The notes under the pieces: generated by a model
Told to the model about the DNA's origin: nothing
The model's input: only the letters and a program-made list of their open reading frames with translations
Databases searched by the model: none
Made by a program: the position numbers and the translations under genes
DNA from: the human T2T-CHM13v2.0 reference genome, Homo sapiens
NCBI RefSeq assembly: GCF_009914755.1
Contig: NC_060938.1
Length of the DNA stretch: 64,000 bases
Direction: 5' to 3' (one strand)
Shown: positions 1 to 13,345 of the stretch, piece after piece
Position numbering within the stretch: position 1 is the stretch's first letter
How the letters are laid out: each line of letters starts with the position of its first letter

Positions 1-465
1 ACATACGTTTACACTTTTAAAATGACCAGTTTTTTGTTTTAAGCCAAGACCTAGAGCATTGTATCTTATTTTATGACTCTTTGTTATTTTTTTGCTTTAT
101 AAATTCCACTTACATGGGATTTGTATGAAAGAATTCTGGTCTTTTAATGGGTTTGTTGCATCAAGATTTTATCTATATAGATACATAGAATGAAGTTAAT
201 AATAAATGACCTATGATTTAGGAAATATTGTTAAACATTGAGAATTATTGATGAAATAGAACAGGATATCAAGGTAGAGAGCCAGAACCTCTCCTAGTCA
301 CTTTGGTCCCTTCTGTCCTTCTTCCATGTCTCTTAGATCTTGATTTCCTGGTTGAGGACTTTTATATTGAGGAAGAAAAACCTTTTAGATTGGTATGAAA
401 AATAGGTCTTCCTGTAGAAGCAAGTAAACATTACATAATTAGAGAGAGAAACTGCAACTTCAGGA

Positions 466-803
466 TAGTCCACCCCCGTATTCTCAGATTCCACATCCTC
501 AGACTCAACCAACCAGGGATAAAAAATATTCCAGAAAAAAAAAAAAGCTACAATAAAAAATAACAATTCAATAATAAAAAATAATACAAATAAAAAACTA
601 GTACAGTATAACTATTGACATAGCATTTACATTGTATTACATATTATAAGTAATCTAGAGATGAGATAAAGTATATAAGAGGATGTGTGGAGGTTATATG
701 CAGATATTACACCATTTTATATGAGGGACTTGAGCATCTGGATTTTGGTGTCTTGAGGGGTGGGGGTTCCTGGAACCAAGCCCCTAGAACAAAGGAATGA
801 CTG
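466..803. mobile_element. MER2-like TcMar-Tigger non-autonomous DNA transposon
   Basis: Characteristic core tttacattgtatta...ataagtaatctagagatg...gggacttgagcatc; degenerate termini. Confidence 0.8.
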
Positions 804-1076
804 CACTGTAGTTTTGATTTAAAAAAAATGCTTTTTGTAGATTTTTCATTTTAAAGACAATTTTAAGGGCAGGATAACAATTTTGTAGGTTAATAAAAAT
901 GTTTTCATCGTAAAATGCTTTTCGTTATTCGTTATACTGTATTCTTCATTTTCTTTTTTATGAATACAGGTGAATTCTTATTGCATGTATAAATACATTT
1001 TGCTCTTAATGATTTTTTAAAAAATTATCATTTATGTATAACAATTGAAATCACAAAGATCTGTTTTAATTTGTAG

Positions 1077-1164
1077 TTCAGAAATGGATTCGTACCCGTA
1101 AGCTGAAGTACCTGGGTGTTCCTAAGTATTGGGGGTCTGGTCTACATGACAAAAATGGAAAAAG
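1077..1164 (+). CDS. VRK1: VRK1 exon 5 (88 nt; QKWIRTRKLKYLGVPKYWGSGLHDKNGK)
   Basis: tttgtAG acceptor and AG|GTAAAA donor; translation matches the VRK1 kinase N-lobe; phase joins exon 6 (AG+T = Ser). Confidence 0.97.
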
Positions 1165-1888
1165 GTAAAAATATGTGTGATTTGTCTTTCTCCTTCCCTT
1201 TTGCAACATTCACTATTTAGTTGGTTTAGTCAGTAATTATTTACTGATCACTTACAATATTACTAGGCCTCCCTCTGGAGTATGTGGAGTGTATGTGACA
1301 GAGAGGAATAAGATGTTATCTCTGTCCTCTGCTTTCCATAGCAGCAGGCTATGATGCCTTATTAGAATAGGAGTGCCTCTCTAGTCAGGGAGCTTCTGCA
1401 GAGCAGTATCAACTGACTGGAACCCAACTGACAAGGAGGAACAAAGCCAAACACCCTGCCTTTTTTTCCTCCTTGCCTTTAGAAATAAACAAACAAAAAC
1501 GCCTCTGTTCTTCATGCAAAAGGGAACCCCTTCAGGATTCCATTTGGTATTTCTGCCCACACAGAAATGTTGGATACATAATCTGCCCACACAAGATTAG
1601 GCTCACCCTTTATGAGGGTTTTAGTCTAGCTGGTGAGTGAAAACAAAAATGTTTGGAACAATTAGAGAACAATTAAGTGCTAAGTTGTATAATACTGACT
1701 TACGTGTCTTAGGAGTTCAGAGAATGGAGAGAATGAATTCTTTGGGATAGTTTATTTGGAGAAAACTTCTAATACTTTGGTTCATAAGCAGCACTTGATA
1801 CATATTTGAATGAATGAATGGAACTTCATGGAGTAAGGCTTTGGTAGCTGAGACTTGACGGGTAGATTTAGTTTGGAACTGGGGATAT

Positions 1889-2332
1889 ATTGCTTAGGAT
1901 GATTTCAGCTGCAAGTAAAGGAAAACTTTGACTCAGGCAGTCATCAAGGGCCCAGGTTCCTTATCTTGCACCTTTGCCCTCCTCTTCTTGGTTTTGTTCT
2001 CTGTTAGTTCTCCATTGTGTGGTCGCCAGGTGGCTGCTCCATTTCTAGGCTTCACATGCAGGCACAGTACCCAAGGGCAGAAAATGGTATCTATCGTGTG
2101 TTGTGAGTTTCACTTTCCTGGCAAAGAAAGCTTTCCCAGGAGCCCTGTGGCAGACTTTCTCTCACGTTTTCTTGGTCAGAATTTTATCAATACTTAAACC
2201 ATTGACTGGCAAGGACAAAGTGATCACAGCGATCCATGTGGAAAAGGATGGAATGCCGGAACCAAATTGGTGCTCCGTTAGAAAAGATTGAGAGGAGGGG
2301 TAAGTAGTTGGGTAGGCAGCCAGTGTTGTTTA
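1889..2332 (-). mobile_element. Old MaLR LTR (MLT1K/L-like)
   Basis: tttcagctgcaagt...gtcatcaagggcccaggttcc...ggtaggcagccagtg pattern; diverged. Confidence 0.55.
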
Positions 2333-2469
2333 CTTGGGATCCATGCCTCTCTTAGGGAGTGTGGGGATCCCTGAAGTCACTTTTAACATTTTATTTTATA
2401 TGGTTTTGCTGGGATAGCAAAATATATTATAGTTTTTATAATATTTTCTGGAGAAATACTATAGAATAA

Positions 2470-2670
2470 GGATTAGTTAAGTTAGTTAAGAGCAAGGATT
2501 CTAGAGCTAGACTGCCTAGTTTTAAAACCTTGTTTTGCCCCTTAAAATGTGTGTGAATTTGGGCAATTTTTTGCTTTAATTTCTTCATCTGTGAAATGGA
2601 GTAACAGCTACCCACTTAATGATGTTTTAGTATAAAGCTACAAGAGTATATGTAAAACATAGATGTTAGC
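2470..2670 (+). mobile_element. MIR
   Basis: gttaagagcaaggattctagagctagactgcct...tgggcaa...ttcttcatctgtgaaatgg core. Confidence 0.6.
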
Positions 2671-4531
2671 TTTTGCTCTCAAAGGGGTCTTTAATCGCTT
2701 AAATGTTAAAACCTACTGGTTTAGAAAATCATTGAAGAGGCAGAACAGCATCTTAAGTGGGAGATGAACGTGAGCACAGGCAGGATAGACTTTTATTCTA
2801 CTGTATGACCCAATGGCCGTCTTCCTGTAGCAGAGGAAGAGGACATGTGTGTAAGAGAGAAGGAAATAAACTTGGAGAAGGAGTCGGTGGCAGATAATGA
2901 AGACCCATAGAGGAAAGAACAGTTTGGAACCCATGTATAGTAGGTAGTCAGAAGCTATCACTTGCTCTTGAGCAAGGGATGAGGTGACATGGTGGTGAAA
3001 GTGGCATTTGGGAAATGGTTTACATGGTGAATTAAAGACTGTCTAAAGGGGAGTAAGACAAGAAAAACCCTTAGTGATGACTTGCTAGGAAGCAAATCTG
3101 TTTGACTGTGTGCTCCAGTATACAATAGTTATATTCCTAAGGAACAGTACATTATGAAAACCACATTTCATAGAGATGATTGGAAGAAAAGTGTACCTGG
3201 GGCTAGAGCATTTTTAGACTTGGAATAACAGCCTTTTCCTCTTTCCATAATTTGAGTATAAACGTCTTAAAAAAAAAAAACCAAGCACGGTATATTGCAG
3301 CAAAACCTAAACACCAAACAAATCTAGCACTAGATTGATTGTACTTGACTCCATCAGGTGTGGTCATGGGCTAGTTAACTTTCTGTCTCTCTTGTTTCCC
3401 TATGTGTGAGATGAGGATAATAGTGCTTACTTTATGAATTACTGTGAAGATGAATTGAAAACATGTAAATTGTAAGGGGCACAGAGTAAGTGCTGAGGAA
3501 ATGTTTCTTGCAGTCATCATCACTGTGATTATCATAATTGGTTTCATTTGTTTGTCTATGATTTTTGTTTGTCAGTGGTGGTATTTTGCTTGAGAATGAT
3601 GGTCTTTTTAAAAGTAGCCCACACTGTCATATCACATTTTACCATATACATTCTTATCACCCATTTTATGATAAAGTTCAGAACCAGTTAAACAGGGCTT
3701 TTGTTTGTGTGACTCCTGTGAGGTGACCAGGGACTAAGTGGGTCCAAGGTTGACTCTGTAAGCTGACTGACTTGGGCACTGCTGGAAAGAACTTCCCTGG
3801 TGTGGATCAGAAGTGCCTTAGAGTGTGGTGACAAATGAGAACACAGTCTAAGTCTTAACTCACCACTTACTAGTGATGACTTTACCTCCCAGCCCATTTC
3901 TTCTATAAAATGAGGTTGCTAGAAATGTCTCCTTTAAAAAGATGGCATTAGTCATATATCAGGCATTGATTTACTTTTTAGGTTGAAGCTCTTAAAAAGA
4001 ATCATTATAGGTCTTAGAAAGTAAAGAAATAGAAAGTAGATTATTCTTCCAGCCCCCTTCCATGCCAGACATGCTTAGTTTTCCTTGTAACTCATTTGAA
4101 TTAATATGTATGTAGGGCTTAGAGCAATGTTAGCTGCTACCATTATTAAATTATTTTACACTGATTTATATTTTTCTTTTACTTGCACATTTTATCCAAG
4201 TCTCCAGAAAAGTATACATCAAAGGTTTTACTTTAGAGGAGTTACTTAGAAATAGCTTTCATTTTACTACTCAATGGTAGAGCCGTCTTTCCAGAAGAAT
4301 GTGGTAATGGTTTCTGTGAAATTTGTGGAATCATGTTTCAGTTGATGTTTATGATTTAGGTATGGTGACAAGATTAAGGTCTTATTAAGAGTAGTGGTAG
4401 GGTGATTTGTGAATAAAAACAAAGACCTATGTAACAGAATTTATTAATAGACCCCATGTTGAATTAAGCAGTTGTGTTTTAGCCACCTTTCAGGCTGTTA
4501 CAGAGGTTGTATTTTTGTTACCTGTGTATTA

Positions 4532-4769
4532 CAGGTTAAGTATGCCTTATCTGAAATGTTGGCACCAGAAGTATTTTAGATTTGGGATTTCTTAAGGATT
4601 TTGGAATATTTGCGTTAATACCTACTGGTTGAGCATCCCAAATCTGAAAATGGGAAATCCAAAATGCTCCAGTGAGCATTTCCTTTGAACATCTTGTTGG
4701 CACTAAAAACACTTTCTAATTTTGGAGCACTTCTGATTTCAGATTTTCAGATTTGAGATGCTCATCCTA
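4532..4769. mobile_element. Tigger4a (MER46A/Zombi) DNA transposon
   Basis: TA-CAGGTTAAGTATGCCTTATCTGAAAT left TIR; internal ggttgagcatcccaaatctgaaaat; right end tttgagatgctcatcctat. Confidence 0.8.
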
Positions 4770-4943
4770 TGTTATAATCATTACACACATCACCTATTTA
4801 GTAAAAGCCAACATGTATATGTGCCCTGGTCTCATCTCTCAACCTTGCAAAATCTGTTACACAAAGGAAACCAGGAAGTCAAAGTTACCATTTTCACTTT
4901 ATTATCTTACAAGCCAAGGTGCTAGGAAATCTTACATGAATGA

Positions 4944-5312
<369 letters not shown>

Positions 5313-6650
5313 TAGTTATTTTATTTATTAAAAGATGTTTAGACAAGATGATTTTCTAATTTTCTTCCAGTTCAAAAATGAATAGAATTCTGAGTTACTT
5401 GTTCAACATCTTGTCTTTTAATGTTAGTCAACTCTTCCTTCCCTATTGAACTTGTCATATTGTTATCATAGAAGCCTATAACATATAAATGGGATTTTTG
5501 TATCCTACTGACATTTATTTCAGTTAATATGTAGTACAGGGGTTAAAAGCATGATTTTGCCACATACTAGAGGACAAATTATCAGTTTTCTTCTGCTGTA
5601 AAATGGGTATGATAGGAGTTACCTACTTTATAGAGTGATGTGAGGTTTAAATGCATTAATAACGTTTTAAGTACTTACAGTAGTGCTGTGTGCATACCAG
5701 GTGTTCAGTAAATGCTAGATGTTATGGTGTTGATGATTCATAATCTTCCTCATTGGAGATGTCCTGATACATTCTGAGTGTGGTTTTGATTTTTATTGAT
5801 TTACTGAATGATTTCACCAGACAAGTTAGAATCTGGAAAACTATTGAAGATAAAAGTGGTCCTCAGAGCAGAAGCTAAGCAGTGTTATTGCAAATAGGTG
5901 ATGCTTTTCTGTACATACTGAAATATAACGTGATTATTGAATCTGAGTTTTGGGTGTTGAAAGTGACCTTAGAAAGGGTGAGTCCCTGCTCTCTCATTTT
6001 ACTTCTGTGGAAATTGAGGCCCAGGAAGTAATGTGACTCAGCCAAGGTGACATAGCTGCTTTATGCAAAGCCAGTTATCTTCATGTTTTTTCAGGATATT
6101 TGTTTTTCCCCAAATCTTGGCCATTGAGTGTTTAATGTACAATCCTTTTACGCCATTTAAACAATGGTATTGAATCTGGCTTTTGTTAAAGCATCTCACG
6201 AGAATCTTGATTTTAGCAGAATGTTGTTACTGCTGAAATATACCTTAAAAATAAGGAGAAACAGTCACAGGAAGGAAGCTGATATCCAGAAACATGAATT
6301 AATTTTAACTATGAGAAAAATCAATGCTGTCATTTTTATTCAGCTTGTTTTATTTTTACCGTGAATAAACTTGTTGGGTTCTCTCTGTGAGCATTATCTT
6401 AAATTGAATAGTCTCTTGAAACTAGCTGCGACCAGGAAGAGGCCCTCCAGGTAAAAAGCAGGACCTGAAAGCACTCTGAACTCTTTGAGATTTCTAGTTG
6501 GGAGAAATTGTTTCAAATGTTTGTATTTCTTTTTTAAAGAATACTTCTTTACTAAACATTGTCTTGAAAAAATTACTTTGAGAGTACTCATTACAAAGTT
6601 GGTTTTCTTGCATTGTATTTTGTTCATTGGCTTTTCATATTTGTCTTCAG

Positions 6651-6759
6651 TTACAGGTTTATGATAATGGATCGCTTTGGGAGTGACCTTCAGAAAATAT
6701 ATGAAGCAAATGCCAAAAGGTTTTCTCGGAAAACTGTCTTGCAGCTAAGCTTAAGAATT
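6651..6759 (+). CDS. VRK1: VRK1 exon 6 (109 nt; YRFMIMDRFGSDLQKIYEANAKRFSRKTVLQLSLRI)
   Basis: ttgtcttcAG acceptor, ATT|GTATGT donor; encodes the hinge region MIMDRFG. Confidence 0.97.
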
Positions 6760-6893
6760 GTATGTGAGCTATGTTCTTCTTGTTTTTAAAAAATTGTTTT
6801 GAGTACAGTAAAGGCTAGTTTATGTTGAAGCTTGGTCCTCTGCTGGCTGGTGTTAGGTACTGCATTAACTTATTCTGTATGATACTTTCATAG

Positions 6894-6986
6894 CTGGATA
6901 TTCTGGAATATATTCACGAGCATGAGTATGTGCATGGAGATATCAAGGCCTCAAATCTTCTTCTGAACTACAAGAATCCTGACCAG
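6894..6986 (+). CDS. VRK1: VRK1 exon 7 (93 nt; [31 protein letters not shown]), catalytic loop
   Basis: tttcatAG acceptor, CAG|GTAGTT donor; HGDIKASN catalytic motif; follows a 134-nt intron. Confidence 0.98.
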
Positions 6987-9043
6987 GTAGTTTTATAACT
7001 TTAATTTCTACTATTTAAAGCGTGTTGTTTGAAAATAAATATGGTTGCTTTGAACTTTTGAACCTGTGTAGAAGTTTTACTTTTTGAAGTAGATATGGTA
7101 ATAATATTTCTTCTTGACACTTTGATCTAGTTAACATTCTACATTTTTGATGTGATTTGTTGGCACTTTATCAAGTTGGCTATTTTGCCCTAAATAATAT
7201 TCAGAAGAAGTGCTTGTGATACAAAATGAATTTCAAATAGCTATTTGGGGGTGGAAGCTTAAAATTATATAGTACACCAATGAATTATGTTTGCCTGTCT
7301 GCTTTGTCACTTTTTTTATTCCTTTGTTCAAGAAATCCATCAAATGTAAGTGTTCTATTACTTGGAAAATTTGGTCTTTAACATGTTGATTATTCAAATC
7401 AATTGGTTTACAGAAATATCTTAGCTGTCTAAATTTGTATACCCTTAGTGTTTGGAATTCAAATGTGCATTTTTTTTTTAGCTTATTACATTCCCTTTGT
7501 AATTTTTACTTTCTAAGGAAAGGAGAAAAGCTAATGTTATTATACCTTTATTTAGGTCAGTTTAGTTGAAGTAGAGGGATCTATACAATTTTCCTGTATA
7601 ACTGTTTCTGTGATTTCGGTGAAAGTAAGGTTTAGTTGACATTCATACTTAATGTATGTTCTCACTTCTTACTTGATCTTACATAAAAAGGAAGATTTAA
7701 ACATTTTAAATGTGTTTGGGTACTTTGATTATTGTAATTATTTGTCAGTACTCTGTACTTCATTCTTTCTCTCAAATGTACCTTTAACTACCTTTGCTTA
7801 GTTTTTCCTTTTTCCTTTGGCTCTCTTTTCTTTTTCTGTCGTCTCGTATTTGCTTCCCTTCCTCCAATGTCAGTTATGGTGGATAGAAGGGAATCTATAT
7901 AAGTATAAAAGAAGAAAGTTACTATACTATTAAGATAGTGTGCTAATGGAGAAATCTTAAAAAGGCAATCATCAAATTCATCTCTGCTCTTTCTAGCCAT
8001 TTCTTTTTAGATATTTCTAGGCTAAGAACAAAGAAAACGCAGCTAACAACCTGAACAATAAGGGTTCCATTAATTGAAATAGTCTGGACTTGTACAGTAT
8101 AATAAAATACAACTTATATCACTTTGTAGGTGACTAAAACATGCTGCCTTTGTTTATATGGAAATATTTTTGCAGCTCTGTTATCCTTCAGACATATGCT
8201 TTGGATGGGATTATTTTTCCAGTGTTAGATGTATGTGCTAGATCTAGCCACATATTTTTACTTCAGTTTCCTCTTGTGCCCAGATGCATGCATTTGTGAC
8301 ATTTACTCAGAATTAGAGATGTAATGTGTGGCTATGGAATGGAAGAAAGCCAAGTTTATTAGCTTTGTATGCTAATCAGACCCACATGTATATGCCCACG
8401 AATAAGTATGTATATAATATTAAAATTTACTTTTAATCATGAAGACTTGGCTTTAGAATATAGTATTTAGATATAGATAAAAGCCTGATCTAACAGTTCT
8501 TTAGATCATTATTATGATGTATGAAATGTTTTTATAAAGTAAATTGAAATTTGATTATTTTACAAGTGAAGAAACAGAGGAATAGAAGGTAACTAACATA
8601 TCATGTGTCAGCATCATTAGCAGTCTTCTACTGGGTGTGCTTTTCTGTGTGGAAAGTAGCAGTTGTATTGCAACAAGTATTGACGGTTTGCTCTGTGCTC
8701 AATTTTAGAGTCTGTAAGATAAAGTATAAAATGTATAATTTTCGTTCAAATTGAGACAAGATTAATTACAAGTATAACATATACTTATCTTAAAAAAGTA
8801 TATAAAGTCAAGTGATTACACTGTAGCTATGTGGTCATTTAACATTTTTATTAAAAATAAAAAGCCTTTCAGAATTAAGTATTTGCTGTTGTTTGCATTT
8901 TGGATCTAAATTGTTTGGAGTGTTATGGAATGACCTTGTAGGTGAACCCACCTTCAGATGCCAGTATTTTGTTTCTGTGCTTTAAAGGGTTATATGTGCA
9001 GTGATTTTGACTTTAGTTTGTCTTGGTGCTTGGAAATTTATAG

Positions 9044-9176
9044 GTGTACTTGGTAGATTATGGCCTTGCTTATCGGTACTGCCCAGAAGGAGTTCATAAA
9101 GAATACAAAGAAGACCCCAAAAGATGTCACGATGGCACTATTGAATTCACGAGCATCGATGCACACAATGGCGTGG
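9044..9176 (+). CDS. VRK1: VRK1 exon 8 (133 nt; [44 protein letters not shown])
   Basis: tttatAG acceptor, G|GTATGT donor; DYG motif (VRK equivalent of DFG) and activation segment GTIEFTS. Confidence 0.98.
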
Positions 9177-9949
9177 GTATGTCAGTAGTACTGGAGTGAG
9201 AAATAGACTGCTAATGTTTTCACCCAGATTCCTACATAGTTCTTAATTATGCATAAGTAAATGAATAGATAAATAAAAATTGAAAAGGCACAGTGGCATG
9301 AGGAAAGAAGGCAGAGGTGAGACTCCTACAATTGTATTCCAGGACCATCTGTGTTCTTCTGTCCTGCCTTTTCCTCGCAGCCTTCAAAGATAACCAAGAA
9401 GGTGGTAGTGGTTCATTCAGCTGCCATGAGGATTTCTTTTTGGTTTTATTTAGTTTAATTGGAATGTTTGTTTTTGTGTTTTTTCTCAAGTTTCTTATGT
9501 ATCTACAACTTTGTAACAGCTAACTTTTATTTTGTTACCTGTTAAGTTAGTTTATTTCTTCAGCAGTCATTTCTTCTGTGCTCAAAGCTGTGGAAGAACT
9601 CAAATACCCAGTTCTCTGGGCCTCTTAATAGCATATAAAAATTTTAAGAATATCTTCAAGTTTTCCAAAGGAAAACTAGTTTTATTTCTAGACTAACAGT
9701 CTCCGCTTGAAACCCTGAAATTTACCAATTTGGGTTTTAAAGTAGATTATTAGCTAGAAGTTAATTGGGAGGTAAGCTATTTCTTTTATACTGTCCAATG
9801 TTCAGTACCTAGGTGAAATGCAGTCAAAATTTTATGATGAAAAACAGACTGTGGAGTTGACTTGTTTTATGTTATTACTTTATATATACTTTAAATTATA
9901 CATTAAAAATTATTTCAGTCTACCTAATGTTCTTCTCTTGCATTTGTAG

Positions 9950-10070
9950 CCCCATCAAGACGTGGTGATTTGGAAATACTTGGTTATTGCATGATCCAAT
10001 GGCTTACTGGCCATCTTCCTTGGGAGGATAATTTGAAAGATCCTAAATATGTTAGAGATTCCAAAATTAG
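9950..10070 (+). CDS. VRK1: VRK1 exon 9 (121 nt; [39 protein letters not shown])
   Basis: tttgtAG acceptor, AG|GTAAAG donor; CK1/VRK-family SRRGDLE and LPW motifs. Confidence 0.98.
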
Positions 10071-10347
10071 GTAAAGGAAAACTTAAGTTATTTCTAGCAA
10101 AATCATGATAAGCCAAATGTTTTTAGTCACAATTTCTTGATAGGAACTATAGTTTCAACTGATACTGATATAGAAATAAGAAAGTACTTGTTAAACAGTA
10201 AGGTTCCTTGGTCTTTTGTTTATTTTAGAAAAATGTCTGTAAGCATATTTAGGATGTAGCACAATATAGCTTAATGTGCTATATATTTTTATTTCATATT
10301 AACATATGACATCAAGCTTCAGTGACTCATTCTTTAATTTTTAACAG

Positions 10348-10406
10348 ATACAGAGAAAATATTGCAAGTTTGATGGACAAATGTTTTCCTGAGAAAAACA
10401 AACCAG
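10348..10406 (+). CDS. VRK1: VRK1 exon 10 (59 nt; YRENIASLMDKCFPEKNKP)
   Basis: ttttaacAG acceptor, CAG|GTAGGA donor; phases match exons 9 and 11. Confidence 0.96.
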
Positions 10407-10506
10407 GTAGGAAATGACTTCTTCAGTGTTAATAGGGATTTTGTTTTCTGGGGATAAAAAGGCATGATATCCATGGAATAGCCCTTAATGTAAGATGTTA
10501 GGTGGT

Positions 10507-10837
<331 letters not shown>

Positions 10838-10869
10838 TCAATTATTATTCAGTGCTTTTAGCAAAGGAA

Positions 10870-11525
10870 GCAAATTTCATTCATACATTAAGTTAGTAAA
10901 TATTGAGGCTTTATTGTGTGCCAGGGACTGGGGGTACATCAGTGAACAAAACAAATATCCCTGCCCTCATGAAGCTAGCATTGTAGTTGGAGGATTTTAG
11001 ACAGTAAACACATGAGCAAAATTTATATGTTCCCCCTGGTTAGTACTGTGGAACTAGAAGAAAACAGGGAATAGAATTAGGGGGATGGGGATGGGGTGGG
11101 TAGTAAAGTAGTGAGGAGGACTGTAATTTTAAGTAGGCTGTCCAGGGACAGCCTCACTTGGAAGGTGACATTTGAGCAGTTGTAGGAAGGAGGTGAGGGA
11201 GGGAGTGAGCTGTGTAGAAGTCTGGGGAAGAGAGTTCTAGGCAGAAGGGACACTAGTGCCCAGGAGATGCGAGGACTGTGTCTTCATAGGTAAACATGAG
11301 GGCTTTGGCTTTTACTTCAAGGAAGAGTGTGAGGTTTGTAGTAGAAGAGTGACATGAACTGCTTATCCTGAGGGGAAGGGTCTCCTGCTTCTGGCATGGG
11401 GATGGACTGCTGAAGGAGCAAGGATGGGCCTAGGCAGAAAGCAGGTTAAGAGGCCACTGCAGTAACCCATGCAAGAGAAGTAGCAGCCAAAGAGTGAGAA
11501 TTGGTCAGTCTGGATATATTCAGAA
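10870..11525 (-). mobile_element. L2 3' fragment (resumes at ~13500-13800)
   Basis: ttcattca...aaatattgagg...gtgccaggg...cagtgaacaaaaca...ggtgacatttgagcag; interrupted by later insertions. Confidence 0.7.
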
Positions 11526-11679
11526 GTCTTTCTAAGCCTTTGCTCAGTTGTCTCCTTTTCAGGGAGGTCTATCCTGACCTTATGCTATTTAAAATTGCAA
11601 CCTACTCCCCATATCAATAAATACAATGTGGGTTTCTCAGAATTATCCCATGGACCTCATAGCAATCAGTAGCCTCTCC

Positions 11680-13345
11680 CTCCTGGCCGAATGAGTCACT
11701 TACCTTAATTTCCAACACCAAATATTTGTGTTTAAAATTTATAGAAATGGAGTTAATACAGTGAATGAAATATGTAACAATTCCTGTCCTCTTGAAATTA
11801 TTGTTTACTTCTGTTAGTGTCCTTTTCTTTCACTTAGTAATGTATTTGTGAAATTCATCCCCATTATCGCATGTTTTTTTTTGTTATTGTTGTTGTTTTG
11901 TTTTTTTGAGACAGGGTCTCACTCTGTTGCCCAGGCTAGAGTGCAGTGGCACAGTCACAGCTCACTGCAGCCTTGACCTCCTGAGCTCAAAGCCTTGACC
12001 TCCTGAGCTCAAGAGATCTTCCCACCTCAGTCTCTGAAGTAGCTGGGACTACAGGCACACGCCACCACACCTGGCTAATTAAAAATTTTTTTTTGTGGAC
12101 ATGTGGTCTCACTATATTGCCCAGGCTAGTCTTGAACTCCTGGGCTCAAGCAGTCCTCCTACCTCAGCCTCCCAAAGTGTTGGGATTGTAGGCATCAGCC
12201 ACTGCCCTTGGCCCTATTATTGTATGTTTAACAGTAGTTTCCTCATTGTCATTTCTATATGATATTCTATTGTAGTTACATACCATTATGTATTTATTCT
12301 GCTCTTAGGTCGTCTCCAATTTTTGGCAGTTGCAGCTTGCCAATTATGCATACAGATGTATAGTCTACCTGCAGTTGGTTTTTGGGTATTATTTGAGGAG
12401 GGGTCATGTATCTTTCCTATCCCCATATTTATATCTAATTGACCCAGCAGCCTTTCTTGAAAAGACCATTCTTTCCCTTTGTTGTCATGTTTGTCATCAG
12501 TCAAGTGTGGATGTGTGGATCTGTGCACCTGTTTCTGGACTCTCTTTTTTCAATTGTCCTTTTTGCCTGTTCTTGGACCACACTGTCTTAGTTACTGTAG
12601 CTTTATTTAAAGCTTGATATCTGGTAGTTGAAATTCTTTGGCACTGCTTTTCTTTAACTGGACTTTGCTACTTTGCTATTCTTTGCCCTTTGCATTTCTA
12701 TTTAAATTTTAGAATCACCTTGTCAGTTACACACACACTCACCCACCTCCAAGTTTGCTGGAACCTTGGGATTGAATTTGACTCTGTAGACCAATTTGGG
12801 GAGCACTGACATCTTTATACTGTTGAGTCTTCCAGTCCACTTATATGGTATATATTTTATTAAATTTGGTCTGTCTTAATTTCTCTCAACTGTGTTTTAT
12901 AGTCTTCTCTAGGAAACTCTTGCTCATCTTTCATTGTATTTGTTGCAAAGTATTTAATGCTATTTTAGGTATTTTTTGATAGTTTATTTTCCAATTGCTT
13001 TTTGCTGGTATATAGAAATAAGATAGATTTTTATATATTTACCTTGCATTTTACGACCTTGTTAAATGTATCTACTAGTTCTAGTAGTTCTTTGTAGATT
13101 CTGTAGGATTTTCCACATGTAGTATTATGTTGTTTGTGAATAAAGACTGGTTTACATCTTCTGTTCCACTCTTTATGCCTTCTATTTATTTTCCTATCGT
13201 ACTAGCTAAAAGTACACATAACTATTCTGTTATACTGAAGGGATATGGCAAAAGTGGACATTTTTCTCTCCCAGGGGAGCATTTTCAATGTTTTATCATA
13301 CATGGTGATATTTGTTTTAGGTTTTTTGTACATCTCCTTTATCAG
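11680..13345 (-). mobile_element. Old L1 (L1M-type) fragments, interrupted by AluJ
   Basis: L1 3'-end reverse motifs gtgaaattcatcc, tttagaatcaccttgtc, ttgctggtatatagaaata, gtagattctgtaggattttc. Confidence 0.7.
11874..12213 (-). mobile_element. AluJ, antisense, with an internal 22-bp tandem duplication
   Basis: gagacagggtctcactctg, ctcctgggctcaagcagtcctcc (J-type); degenerate TSD ccattatcgcatgttt / ctattattgtatgttt. Confidence 0.93.
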
